Below are positions 36,258-45,353 of a DNA stretch of 64,000 nucleotides, piece by piece. The stretch is taken from the NCBI GenBank assembly GCA_020852375.1, contig JADZAY010000005.1, positions 19,814-83,813 on the forward strand, in the 5' to 3' direction. Position numbers and translations under genes: made by a program. The notes beneath the pieces were generated by a model. It had not been told where the DNA came from and did no database searches. It was given only the letters and a program-made list of their open reading frames with translations. Position 1 is the stretch's first letter, and every line of letters begins with the position of its first letter. Source of the DNA: Candidatus Yanofskybacteria bacterium (lineage in GTDB: Bacteria > Patescibacteriota > Minisyncoccia > 2-02-FULL-40-12 > GWA2-44-9).

Positions 36258-36886
36258 GTGCGAGCGCGAAGTGAGTGGATCTTACGGAGAATCGCTGCGC
36301 GTGACTCGGGGTCGCGGAGAAGCTTCCAGATGCCAGGCGTGACCGAGGTGAAGAGGATGAGAGCCACGATGAGGGTCATGTAGCGGTCGATGCCGGGAAC
36401 TGATGCGCCGAGCCAATACCCTGCGAGCGGGATGCCGACACCCCACACGAGACTGCCGAACAGATTGTAGAGGATAAACGTTCGGCGATGCATACTCCCG
36501 ACACCGGCAAGAACGGGCGCAATGCTTCGCACGACCGGGACGAATCGTGCGAGGACGATCGTTTTCGGACCATGTTCGGCGTAGAAGCGTTCTGCGCGGG
36601 CGATGTGTTCGGGGTCGAGCAGAAGAGATCCCTGGCGAGAGAATACCGAACGGCCGAATTTTTTTCCGAGCCAGTAGCCGACATTATCGCCGATGGCGGC
36701 GGCGGCGAATGTCAGTGCGACAAGGGGGGCGATGCTGAGGTATCCTTGGGACGCCAAAAAGCCTGCTGTGAAGAGCAGGCTATCACCTGGGAGGAAAAGT
36801 CCGATCAGGAGGCCGCTCTCGGTGAACACGATCGCGGCGACACCGATATATCCTGCGGTCTTGATGAGCGCGGCGATGTCGAACAT
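36254..36886 (-). CDS. DedA family membrane protein
   Basis: ESGLLIGLFLPGDSLLFTAG motif; about 210 aa; 4-5 TM helices. Confidence 0.8.
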   Translation of the reverse strand: MFDIAALIKTAGYIGVAAIVFTESGLLIGLFLPGDSLLFTAGFLASQGYLSIAPLVALTFAAAAIGDNVGYWLGKKFGRSVFSRQGSLLLDPEHIARAERFYAEHGPKTIVLARFVPVVRSIAPVLAGVGSMHRRTFILYNLFGSLVWGVGIPLAGYWLGASVPGIDRYMTLIVALILFTSVTPGIWKLLRDPESRAAILRKIHSLRART

Positions 36887-36900
36887 ACGGGCAGTATACG

Positions 36901-37722
36901 CTATTTTTGCTTGGGATGCCCGTAGGGGACCCGGACGTGTTGCGGCTCAGACACGGTGATGATCTGTGCGTCGTGGATCTTGTACACGATATCTTTCCGC
37001 TCGACGACGATCTGCCAACCGCGATCCTGGGCGACGGCGGCGAGTTCAGCGCTTGGATTGAATGCGATCGGGTTCCCGACAGCGTTCAGAAGGGGGATGT
37101 CGCCCTCACTGTCTCCCACGGCGATGGAGTGCTTGAGGTCGGCATTGACGCCATGGGTGCTCAGGAATGATGTGAGGATCGCGACCTTGTCGAGGTGCGC
37201 CTCGATGGGGAATCGCTTTCCATCGTAGAGCACCCGTCCGGTATAGATGCCGTCAACGACCTCCAGGGCTCGCCCGATCGCGGCATCAAATCCCAGTACA
37301 TGCGCGAATCGCTGCACCATGGAATTCTGAGAGTTCGAAATGGCGAGGAGGTAAAATCCTTTTGCGCGGAGCTCCTTGATGAGGTCGCGGGTGTACCGGT
37401 AGACGCGGTCTTTCTGCCATGCGATAACGGCGCGGATGGCCGGCTCGACCTGGCGAACCGTGCAGCCGGTCTGGTAGCGGTAGTGCACCTTTACCAGCTT
37501 CATGAGGTAGTCATTGTAGTGGCCTTTCCGATTCAGCCAGGCAACAAAGTTGCGCTCGACCTCGAGGCTCGCTTGGCGCGGGAACACACCGCGACGGACC
37601 AGCTCATTGAAGAGCTCGATCAGGAGGCTTGAGCGGAAGATGGTTCCGTCAATGTCAAAGATCGCGAGGCGTACTCGGGGAGACTGCCGTGCACCGGACG
37701 TGCGGGAACGGCTCGTTGTCAT
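36901..37722 (-). CDS. HAD-superfamily hydrolase (HAD-IB/PSP-like)
   Basis: Motif I AIFDIDGTI and motif IV GDSEGDIPLL. Confidence 0.6.
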   Translation of the reverse strand: MTTSRSRTSGARQSPRVRLAIFDIDGTIFRSSLLIELFNELVRRGVFPRQASLEVERNFVAWLNRKGHYNDYLMKLVKVHYRYQTGCTVRQVEPAIRAVIAWQKDRVYRYTRDLIKELRAKGFYLLAISNSQNSMVQRFAHVLGFDAAIGRALEVVDGIYTGRVLYDGKRFPIEAHLDKVAILTSFLSTHGVNADLKHSIAVGDSEGDIPLLNAVGNPIAFNPSAELAAVAQDRGWQIVVERKDIVYKIHDAQIITVSEPQHVRVPYGHPKQK

Positions 37723-37798
37723 AGTGGGCGGTATGGTACGGAACCGCTCGCTTCTTGGCAATAGTTGCCAAATTTCTATTTTATTGCAAAATACTTCC

Positions 37799-38860
37799 AT
37801 GCATCAGGCGAAGCCCCATCCCACCCCACTGGTCTACGTGGCCATGTCAGGCGGTGTTGATTCATCGGTTGCCGCCGCCCTGCTCAAGGAGCGGGGATTT
37901 CGCGTCGTCGGTGTGTATATGAAGCCGTGGCAGCCGCGAGGTGTCGCATGTCTCTGGCAGGAAGAGCGCGCCGATGCGCTACGGGTTGCCGACGCGCTGG
38001 GCATTCCCCTGAAGACCTGGGACGTCTCGCGCGCGTATCGTGCGAAGGTTGCCCTGCCCATGGTGCACGGATATCGCAGCGGTCGCACCCCGAACCCCGA
38101 TGTTGAGTGCAATCGGCACATCAAGTTCGGTGTGTTCTATGAGCGTGCGCGCCGCGAGGGGGCGGATTATGTTGCGACTGGTCATTATGCGCGTATCGCG
38201 AAGCGGACAGGTGGCCCCGCACTCCTGAAGGCGGTCGACGCGAATAAGGACCAAACCTATTTTCTTTGGGGTATTCGGCGAGCACAGCTGGCCCATATTT
38301 TGTTTCCAATCGGCGGCATGACGAAACCGGAGGTTCGCGCGTATGCGCGGGCGGCCGGCCTTCCGACGGCAGAGAAGAAAGACAGTCAGGGCGTGTGCTT
38401 CGTGGGGCCGCTCAATATGAAATCATTTCTCGCGTCTGTCATTCGGCCGCGTTCCGGCGTGATCCGGCATCGCGACGGGCGGGTACTCGGGACGCATGAC
38501 GGTGCGGCATACTACACTATCGGCCAGCGGCACGGACTCGATATTCGCGTCGGCGGCGGACCCTATTATGTTCTGCGCACGGACATACAGAAGAACGTCG
38601 TGATCGTGGGAACCGATGGGGATCTGGACGGGCGTACCGCTCGCTTTGTACGTCCGAACTGGCTCGGCCCGAAACCGGCGCTCGGGGCCCGGGTGACCGC
38701 GAAGATCCGGTATCGGACCACCGAGGTTCCCGTAGTCGTCACCAAGGGGAAGCTGGTCTTCGCTCGCGCGGTCCGTGCGCTCACTCCCGGGCAGTCGGTG
38801 GTCTTCTTTCGGGGCTCTCGGGTGCTGGGAGGCGGCATCCTTGCCGCGGCCGCTCGGTAG
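37799..38860 (+). CDS. mnmA: tRNA-specific 2-thiouridylase MnmA
   Basis: PP-loop AMSGGVDSSVAA; catalytic Cys context (GVCFVGP); 353 aa. Confidence 0.85.
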   Translation: MHQAKPHPTPLVYVAMSGGVDSSVAAALLKERGFRVVGVYMKPWQPRGVACLWQEERADALRVADALGIPLKTWDVSRAYRAKVALPMVHGYRSGRTPNPDVECNRHIKFGVFYERARREGADYVATGHYARIAKRTGGPALLKAVDANKDQTYFLWGIRRAQLAHILFPIGGMTKPEVRAYARAAGLPTAEKKDSQGVCFVGPLNMKSFLASVIRPRSGVIRHRDGRVLGTHDGAAYYTIGQRHGLDIRVGGGPYYVLRTDIQKNVVIVGTDGDLDGRTARFVRPNWLGPKPALGARVTAKIRYRTTEVPVVVTKGKLVFARAVRALTPGQSVVFFRGSRVLGGGILAAAAR

Positions 38861-38986
38861 TGGTATGCTGTGGCCATTAATGTAATTGGGCCGCAGCACA
38901 CCCGATGATCCTCACGAACCGAGCACGCATGTTCTGTGTCACTCCCGGCGTGATCAGCACCGAGCGCTTTGCTGCGCAACGCATCC

Positions 38987-40504
38987 ATGTCACTGACACT
39001 TTCGATCCCCGCAGTCGCGGTGGGGTTTCTCGTTGGGTTCTTCCTCCGGAAGTACCTCGCAACGCGTAAGACAGCGCAGGCAGAGGAGCGCGCACAGGCG
39101 ATCCTCACCGAAGCAAAGACTAAGGCGCAAGACGTCGTTCTTGAGGCGAACAATCGAGCACTGAAGGTGCTTGAGGACGCGAAGCGCGAGGAGGCCGACC
39201 GACGCAAGCAGCTCGATCGCATCGAAAATCTGCTGACGAAAAAGGAGACCGACCTCGAGGAGCGGACCGCTGAGATCGCGAAGGAGCGCACCTCGCTGAA
39301 GCAAAAGCACGATGAAGCCGCGGTGCTGAAGGCGGACCTTGATCAGATCCGTTCCCGACAGCTCGCCGAGCTCGAACGAGTGAGTGGGTTGAACCGTGAA
39401 CAGGCGCGAGAGCAGATGCTCACAAAGGTTCAGGAGGAGTATCGGGAGGACCTCTACCACCAGCTTCGCAAGTTGGATGGCGAGAATCGGGAAGAACTGG
39501 AGAAGAAGGCCCGGGAGATCATGACCATGGCGATCCAGCGCTATGCGGGTTCGCATATCGCCGATGCCACCACAACGGTCGTTACCCTGCCGTCCGACGA
39601 ACTGAAGGGGAAGATCATCGGGAAAGAGGGGCGCAACATCAAGGCGCTCGAGCGACTGACAGGAGTCGACGTCATCATCGACGATACGCCGGGCACGATG
39701 GTCATTTCGGGGTTTGATCCGGTTCGTCGGCAGATCGCGAAGATGGCGCTCGAGAAGCTTATCGCTGATGGGCGCATTCACCCCACGAAGATCGAGGAGA
39801 GCGTCGAGAAGTCGCGGCTCGAGATCAATGACAAGATCCGTCAGGCGGGAGAAGCGGCGCTCATCGAATGTGGCGTCGGTATGGTGGATGCGAAGCTCGT
39901 GTATCTGCTGGGTCGCCTTGCGTTCCGCACCAGCTTCGGGCAGAACGTCCTCATTCATAGCATCGAGATGGCGCACGTCGCCGGTATGCTCGCGGCCGAG
40001 CTGGGCGCCGACGTGATGGTCGCGAAGAAGGGCGCGCTCTTCCATGACATCGGCAAGGCGGTCGACCATGAGGTTCAGGGGACGCACGTTGAGATCGGCC
40101 GGAAGATCCTCGCGAAGTTCGGCGTTGACGACAAGATCGTCAAAGCCATGGAGGCGCACCACGAGGAGTATCCGTACAGCTCACTGGAGAGTCGCATCGT
40201 GCAGGCTGCGGACGCCATCTCCGGCGCTCGCCCGGGTGCCCGCCGCGACACCGTCGAAATCTACCTCAAGCGTCTGGAAGACCTCGAGCGCATCGCCAAC
40301 TCGTTTGACGGCGTGGAGAAGAGCTATGCCATTCAGGCTGGTCGCGAAGTCCGCGTATTCGTGACGCCGAGCAAGATTGATGACCTCGCCGCGCTGGCAC
40401 TTGCCCGCGACATCGCCCAGAAGATCGAAACGGAAATGAAGTATCCGGGAGAGATTCGGGTGAATGTCATTCGAGAGACTAGGGCTGTCGAATACGCTCG
40501 CTAG
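38987..40504 (+). CDS. rny: ribonuclease Y
   Basis: N-terminal TM anchor, coiled coil, KH domain (IIGKEGRNIKALERLTGVDVIID) and HD domain (HSIEMAHVAGMLAAELGAD...LFHDIGK); 505 aa. Terminator at about 40519-40565. Confidence 0.85.
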   Translation: MSLTLSIPAVAVGFLVGFFLRKYLATRKTAQAEERAQAILTEAKTKAQDVVLEANNRALKVLEDAKREEADRRKQLDRIENLLTKKETDLEERTAEIAKERTSLKQKHDEAAVLKADLDQIRSRQLAELERVSGLNREQAREQMLTKVQEEYREDLYHQLRKLDGENREELEKKAREIMTMAIQRYAGSHIADATTTVVTLPSDELKGKIIGKEGRNIKALERLTGVDVIIDDTPGTMVISGFDPVRRQIAKMALEKLIADGRIHPTKIEESVEKSRLEINDKIRQAGEAALIECGVGMVDAKLVYLLGRLAFRTSFGQNVLIHSIEMAHVAGMLAAELGADVMVAKKGALFHDIGKAVDHEVQGTHVEIGRKILAKFGVDDKIVKAMEAHHEEYPYSSLESRIVQAADAISGARPGARRDTVEIYLKRLEDLERIANSFDGVEKSYAIQAGREVRVFVTPSKIDDLAALALARDIAQKIETEMKYPGEIRVNVIRETRAVEYAR

Positions 40505-40768
40505 CCATAACTCTCGCGCAGAAAAAGCCGCACAGTCACTGAAATGGACTGGCGGCTTTTTCGTGCCCTCCGGGTTTGCCCGATTTCATCGTTGCCACTC
40601 CGGTTCTCGCTCACCGTACACTCTTGTACGGCTCGCTTCGCTTCCTCGTTTGCGCCTCGAACTCGGGCAAACGCGAGAAGTTCTGGCGTGCTCAAAGCGC
40701 TTAAGCATGTTTTTGCACACACAATAGAAAACGCCCCTGCCGGTGTGGCGGGGCGTGGAGGGGAGGGG

Positions 40769-40987
40769 CTAGGCCTGCTCGGTTTGGAGCGAAAACGTCC
40801 AGCCAGTCCCCAGGTCAAAGGAGGCGGACTGGCCGAGTGTGTCGATGAACTGGATCGCGCGCGTGCCGCCGGTATAACGGTAGACCTGATGCGACCTGAT
40901 GCGGACAGGGGGATCGGTTACGCACACGCCGGTGGGCGCATACACCCTCAGCAGCATTTCCAGCTGCGTTTCATTCGGTTTCGGCAC
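40769..40987 (-). CDS. hypothetical small protein (GTG start)
   Basis: AAAGGAG SD 6 nt upstream of the GTG; 72 aa. A GC hairpin/T-run lies 3' of the stop on the minus strand (40732-40760). Confidence 0.3.
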   Translation of the reverse strand: MPKPNETQLEMLLRVYAPTGVCVTDPPVRIRSHQVYRYTGGTRAIQFIDTLGQSASFDLGTGWTFSLQTEQA

Positions 40988-41303
40988 CGGGAGCTCCTTT
41001 GTGAAAGACGGCTTATTATTTCAAATTTAATAGTTTTGTCAATAATTTCAAAACCGAAACGCCATGCCGCTGTTTTTGAAGAGCATGCATATTTCCTAGG
41101 GTTTTCCACAGGGGTATTGCAAAACCCGCGTAAAAAGCCCAAACTTTACACTGTCCGTGTGAAAGCCTAGGTTTTCCGCGGATTTATAGAGTGAAACGCT
41201 CACGCTTGGCCGGTTTCCTCAAGAAAACGGGCAAGCCATTCCGGTTTGGCCGAGTTCATGGCCAAACGCGAGCGTTCCACCGCCATAGAATGGGGGTGTC
41301 TAC

Positions 41304-41588
41304 ATGACCATCAAGAAAACTCAGCTCATCCAGATGCTGGCCGACAAGTCCGGTCTTTCCAAGAAGGACCAGTCCGCCCAGTTGGATATCTTCGTTGAGA
41401 CGTTGACCGGACTCCTCCGCAAGGGCGAGAAGATCAACATCACCGGCCTCGGTATCTTCAAGGTTGCAGATCGCAAGGCTCGCGAGGGCCGCAATCCTCG
41501 CACCGGCGAGACCATCCAGATCCCGGCCTCGAAGAAGCTCCGCTTCACGCCGTCCAAGGTGTTGAAGGAAGCGGTAATGAAGAAGTAG
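41304..41588 (+). CDS. hup: DNA-binding protein HU
   Basis: MTIKKTQLIQMLADKSGLSKKDQ...GFGxFxV...RNPRTGETIQIPA (HU/IHF arm signature); 94 aa. Confidence 0.85.
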   Translation: MTIKKTQLIQMLADKSGLSKKDQSAQLDIFVETLTGLLRKGEKINITGLGIFKVADRKAREGRNPRTGETIQIPASKKLRFTPSKVLKEAVMKK

Positions 41589-41609
41589 TCAGTGTTGTGT
41601 CTAGACACA

Positions 41610-41645
41610 AGCAGAAAGCCGCCCACCGGGCGGCTTTCTGCTTGG
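41610..41645 (+). terminator. rho-independent terminator
   Basis: AGCAGAAAGCCGCCCACCGGGCGGCTTTCTGCTT. Confidence 0.6.
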
Positions 41646-41648
41646 GGA

Positions 41649-41668
41649 TATTGAGCGGGGTACGGGAA
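41649..41668 (-). repeat. 20-nt duplicate of the tRNA-Gly 3' end (TGAGCGGGGTACGGGAATCG)
   Basis: Exact direct repeat of 41821-41840, the T-arm/acceptor 3' part of tRNA-Gly, located 172 bp away. Confidence 0.6.
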
Positions 41669-41822
41669 TCGCCTTCGGTCTGCGCCACTCCGTCGAGCGT
41701 CGCAGCCTCGGGGCCGGGCCTCGCGGCAGTGACCGCTATCACTGCATCGCTCCGGCCGTTCGATTCCCGTATAGCACTGTTCGATACTAAAACAGCGCCC
41801 ACAGGGGCGCAATTTTAGTATG

Positions 41823-41893
41823 AGCGGGGTACGGGAATCGAACCCGTGCGTCGACCTTGGAAGGGTCGCGTCATACCATTAGACCAACCCCGC
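41823..41893 (-). tRNA. tRNA-Gly(TCC)
   Basis: The reverse complement reads GCGGGGTTGGTCTAATGGTATGACGCGACCCTTCCAAGGTCGACGCACGGGTTCGATTCCCGTACCCCGCT. The anticodon loop CUUCCAA gives UCC. Near-identical to bacterial tRNA-Gly(UCC) consensus. Confidence 0.8.
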
Positions 41894-42023
41894 GGCAAAA
41901 ATTATTGTAGCTCAGAATCGTCTAAGCGGCAATGCCGCAACGATTCTGCCCGTTTTGAATTCACCTCAATGAATTCAAAACGAAAAACGCCCCGCTTCTC
42001 GGGTGAGAGGCGGGGCGGGCGTG

Positions 42024-44432
42024 CTACTTTCCGTTCAGCTCGGGATACCGTCGTGCCCGGTAGGCATCGATCCGCGCTTCGATGCGCTGCGGGAACTTGG
42101 GTGGATCGCCGAGCACTCCGGCAGGTCCGTACAGCGCGAGCATGATCTCGCGTGCGACGGGGAGCGCAACGCTTCCGCCGGTCGCACGATTCGCGAGCGG
42201 TGCTCCGAAGTCGTCATATCCGACCCAGATACCGATGGTGACGCCATCGGGACCGTAGGTTGAGCAGATGAACCACGCATCGCGGAAGCTGTTCGATGTT
42301 CCCGTCTTTCCCATCACCTGGATGGGGAAGTTGCTGGTGTCGAGACTGCGTGCGGTGCCACTTGGCAGCCGTACTGTCCCTCGCAGGAGCTCCTGAACGA
42401 GATCCAGTTTTTCCGGAGGGATGGGGAACGGTTTGTCAGTGGCGGAAGCGCGATACAGCGGCGCGCCGTTCGCGTCGGTGACCGCACCGACGATGTGGGG
42501 CGAAGCGACGGTCCCGCTCGCGAGCGAGCGGTACGCGTTCGTCATCTCGAGGAGCGTGACGCTGCTGGCACCGAGCGCCGTCGAGATGTAGGGGTCGAGC
42601 TCGCTCTGGATGCCCAGCGTATGAGCCCAGGTGATGAGTGGTTCCGGCCCGCCGAGTTCGTCGCGGACCAAGCGCAGGATGGGGACATTGCGCGACTGAG
42701 CGATGGCTTCCCGGAGCGGAATGATGCCGAGATATCTCCCGTCATAATTCTTCACCGGCTTTTGCCAGCCGCCCATATTCACACTGATGGGTGTATCGGT
42801 GACGAGGTCGTCCGGGGTTTTCCCGCTCATGACCGCTGCCGCGGCGACGATGCCCTTCATGGTCGAACCGGGCTGCCGCTTGGCATGGATGGCACGGTTG
42901 TAGAGCGTGTAGTTGTGAAGCCGCTCGTCGTAGATGCCGCCGAACTCCGCCAAGATGTCGGCGTTCCGATTGCCGAGCACGACGACCGCGATCTGCGGAT
43001 GTGTTCCGTCGCGGGTGCCGTACTGGTTCACGTAGCCGGGCATGGTGGGAGAGTCGGTGCCGTAGATGCCATCGAGCGCTGCCGCGTTCACGATCGCCTG
43101 GATGTGGCGGTCGGCGGTCAGATGTACACGCACGCGTCCGGCGAGTAGGTCGCTGCGGGAGTACCCGAGGCTGTCCATCTCTTCCAGAGCGGTCGACACG
43201 ACCGCCGGCTCATCCGTTTTTGTCTTCAGTCGGGGAGTCTGCAGAATGAGCGGACGCGTCTTCAGCATGGTGAGACGCGAAGCATCCAGAAAGCCATTCT
43301 CGGCCATGCGGTCGAGTACGGCATTCCGCCGAGCGACCTGCTCGGCGCGGATCGACGGATCGTCGTCCAGCTGTGCGAACTGACCGGGCGCCGGAATGAT
43401 GCTGGCCAGGAACGCTGCCTCGTCCGGTGTGAGCGCTTCCATGTCTTTCCCGAAGTAGAAGCGAGCGCCGTAGGAGACGCCGTACACGCCGTGTCCCAGA
43501 TACACCAGGTTGGCGTACGACCCGAGGATGTACTCCTTGGCTTTCGTGCGCCCATCATACTGACCGAGCACGCCGTACCATAGCATTTCGCGGAACGTGT
43601 GGGACGGCGGGCGCGTCTCGATGAAGTGCTGGGTGAGCCCTCGCTCGAGGCGGACGGCGTACTTGATCTCGCGGACCTTGCGCGTCGCGTTATTGGTCCA
43701 CACCGTCCCCTTGAAGAGACGGATGACGCGCGTCACGATGTTGTCCACGAGCAGCTCATTTCCGCTCTGGCGGAGCAGCCAGTCTTCAAGGTAGATGTTC
43801 CGGGCGACCTGTTGCGTGATCGTGCTTGCGCCCTGCTGACGAAAGTTGAGAACGCTCCGGGTAGCGGCTTTGAACGCCGCGCGCGTGGTCGCTCGCCAGT
43901 CCCAGCCGTCGTGGCTCCAAAAACGCTTGTCCTCCGCGGACACGAGCGCTTGGCGAACGACTTCGGGAACCTGTTCCGATCCGATATTCTCGCGATAGGC
44001 GGTGGCAAGACGGATCGTGACCAGACCGTTTCGATCTAGGACATATCCGATCTGCGCCGGACGCCATTCGAGGAGTGTGCGGGGGTCGGGAGTGTCGCTG
44101 CCGTCGATGTAGATGTACCACGTCGGGTATGCGGCAACGGCGAGTACGAGCACTGCCGACTGAACGGTCCAGCGAACGTACCGATGTGCACGGAGGAAGG
44201 CCCGCGCGAGATCGAAGATATCCCGCAGAGCATGCCCGGCCGTGCGGACCGGTCCCAATCGGGGGTCTGCCCATTCGATGAACGGTACGGCGATGCGATC
44301 GCCGAACTTCCCGAGCAGCCATCCGATACTCGCCATGACCGCTGCGGTGCCGAGGGGCAGGAGTAGTCCTGCCCCTGCGGCGGCGATCACAACGATCACG
44401 ACCTTGAGGAGGACTTCAAGCGCCTCGAGCAT
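42024..44432 (-). CDS. ponA: class A penicillin-binding protein (bifunctional transglycosylase/transpeptidase, PBP1A)
   Basis: GT51 motifs (EDKRFWSHDGWD; RQGASTITQQVARNIYL); transpeptidase SxxK (PGSTMKG), SxN and KTG (MGKTGTS); 802 aa. Terminator 3' of the stop at about 41985-42023. Confidence 0.85.
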   Translation of the reverse strand: MLEALEVLLKVVIVVIAAAGAGLLLPLGTAAVMASIGWLLGKFGDRIAVPFIEWADPRLGPVRTAGHALRDIFDLARAFLRAHRYVRWTVQSAVLVLAVAAYPTWYIYIDGSDTPDPRTLLEWRPAQIGYVLDRNGLVTIRLATAYRENIGSEQVPEVVRQALVSAEDKRFWSHDGWDWRATTRAAFKAATRSVLNFRQQGASTITQQVARNIYLEDWLLRQSGNELLVDNIVTRVIRLFKGTVWTNNATRKVREIKYAVRLERGLTQHFIETRPPSHTFREMLWYGVLGQYDGRTKAKEYILGSYANLVYLGHGVYGVSYGARFYFGKDMEALTPDEAAFLASIIPAPGQFAQLDDDPSIRAEQVARRNAVLDRMAENGFLDASRLTMLKTRPLILQTPRLKTKTDEPAVVSTALEEMDSLGYSRSDLLAGRVRVHLTADRHIQAIVNAAALDGIYGTDSPTMPGYVNQYGTRDGTHPQIAVVVLGNRNADILAEFGGIYDERLHNYTLYNRAIHAKRQPGSTMKGIVAAAAVMSGKTPDDLVTDTPISVNMGGWQKPVKNYDGRYLGIIPLREAIAQSRNVPILRLVRDELGGPEPLITWAHTLGIQSELDPYISTALGASSVTLLEMTNAYRSLASGTVASPHIVGAVTDANGAPLYRASATDKPFPIPPEKLDLVQELLRGTVRLPSGTARSLDTSNFPIQVMGKTGTSNSFRDAWFICSTYGPDGVTIGIWVGYDDFGAPLANRATGGSVALPVAREIMLALYGPAGVLGDPPKFPQRIEARIDAYRARRYPELNGK

Positions 44433-44994
44433 GGTTTCACCTCTTGTAAACGAACTAAACGAACGCGGTGGTTATACCACGTTTTTCCTATGGCAACAAT
44501 CTCCACTCCCGCTCCCCTCGGCACCCCGACTCGGACGGTTTCTCGGCGCTCCCGGTCCGGAGCGCCTCATCCCTCACGCTCCCGCTCGGCAGTGACTCTG
44601 CCTCCCGGTCCGCGAAGCCTCGCTGGGGTGCCGAGGCGTTCAGTCGTGGAGGAAAGCACTCCCGTGCCCGGCATGTCCCCTGAGGACCGTCACGAATGCC
44701 GGAGCACGGACCCGTCAAGGGTCACTCCTTGACGGGTCCGGCACCGAGTGCAGAGCGAAGCCGCCGCGCAGGGGCGGCAAGCGTGTCCGAGGGGGATGTG
44801 TCGGGCGAGGGAGGGGGAAGAGTCGGGCCGCCGAGAATCGGCCTCGTCTCTCGTGTTGCCGTCGCGACACTTGGACTAGCCACCGCCTCGCGGCTGCGCC
44901 AGCTGACGCAGCATTGCTCCGGCGTTCGATTCTCGTCAGCTGAATCATTCGCGCAAAAGCAGGACCAGCAGTGGTCCCGTTTTTGTATGATGGT

Positions 44995-45077
44995 CGGGCC
45001 GCCGAGAATCGAACTCGGTCTCCGTCGCCACAGCGCCTGGGAATGCGAACTCAACGCATTCCCGCTCAATCCCAATG
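44995..45077 (-). pseudogene. tRNA-like 3' fragment with encoded CCA (anticodon-like hairpin, variable arm, T-arm, acceptor 3' strand) and no matching 5' acceptor strand in cis
   Basis: The reverse complement ends ...GGGAATGCGTTGAGTTCGCATTCCC...GACCGAGTTCGATTCTCGGCGGCCCGACCA. The complementary 5' acceptor CGGGCCG with a D-arm (GTATACCGGTAGTAC) is found only at 45175-45198, on the other side of tRNA-Pro. Confidence 0.3.
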
Positions 45078-45148
45078 TCGGGGTGCCCAGAATCGAACTG
45101 GGTCTACCTGTACCCAAAACAGGCGTACTACCGGTATACGACACCCCG
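45078..45148 (-). tRNA. tRNA-Pro(TGG)
   Basis: The reverse complement reads CGGGGTGTCGTATACCGGTAGTACGCCTGTTTTGGGTACAGGTAGACCCAGTTCGATTCTGGGCACCCCGA. Anticodon stem CCUGU/ACAGG and loop UUUGGGU give UGG. Confidence 0.7.
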
Positions 45149-45267
45149 ACATTGTTATTGAGCCCCACACACGTGTACTACCGGTATACTACGGCCCGTG
45201 AAGCAGTGGCATCATACCAGAATCTCCGTGCGTTGGCGAGGGGCATAAAGTATGGTAAAATATATCC

Positions 45268-45339
45268 GGCCTCATAGTTCAATGGATAGAACAGGAGACT
45301 TCTAAGCTCTTGATCCAGGTTCGATTCCTGGTGAGGCCA
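45268..45339 (+). tRNA. tRNA-Arg(TCT)
   Basis: GGCCTCATAGTTCAATGGATAGAACAGGAGACTTCTAAGCTCTTGATCCAGGTTCGATTCCTGGTGAGGCCA. The anticodon loop CUUCUAA gives UCU. Acceptor and T-arm pair perfectly. Confidence 0.75.
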
Positions 45340-45353
45340 CTGAGGAAAAGCGC

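Noticed and set aside
40560-40800. Searched for tmRNA, RNase P RNA and SRP RNA signatures here and at 44460-44820
   Set aside because: None of the conserved blocks (tmRNA 5'/3' ends, P4 GGAAAGTCCGG / ACAGAACCCGGCTTA, SRP GGAAGCAGCC) were found by eye, so nothing was called. An Infernal scan would be needed to be sure.
41896-42023. Possible additional tRNA (TGTAGCTCAGAATCG...) and EcoRI-site palindrome TTGAATTCACCTCAATGAATTCAA
   Set aside because: No acceptor/T-arm complementarity could be built for a tRNA. The palindrome is short and, with the following GC hairpin, is adequately explained as the ponA terminator region.
44696-45277. 193-aa + strand ORF containing repeated GPPRIELG peptides
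   Set aside because: The repeated PRIELG is the translation of tRNA T-arm sequences (GGTTCGAATCC complement). The region is a tRNA/tRNA-fragment cluster, not protein-coding.
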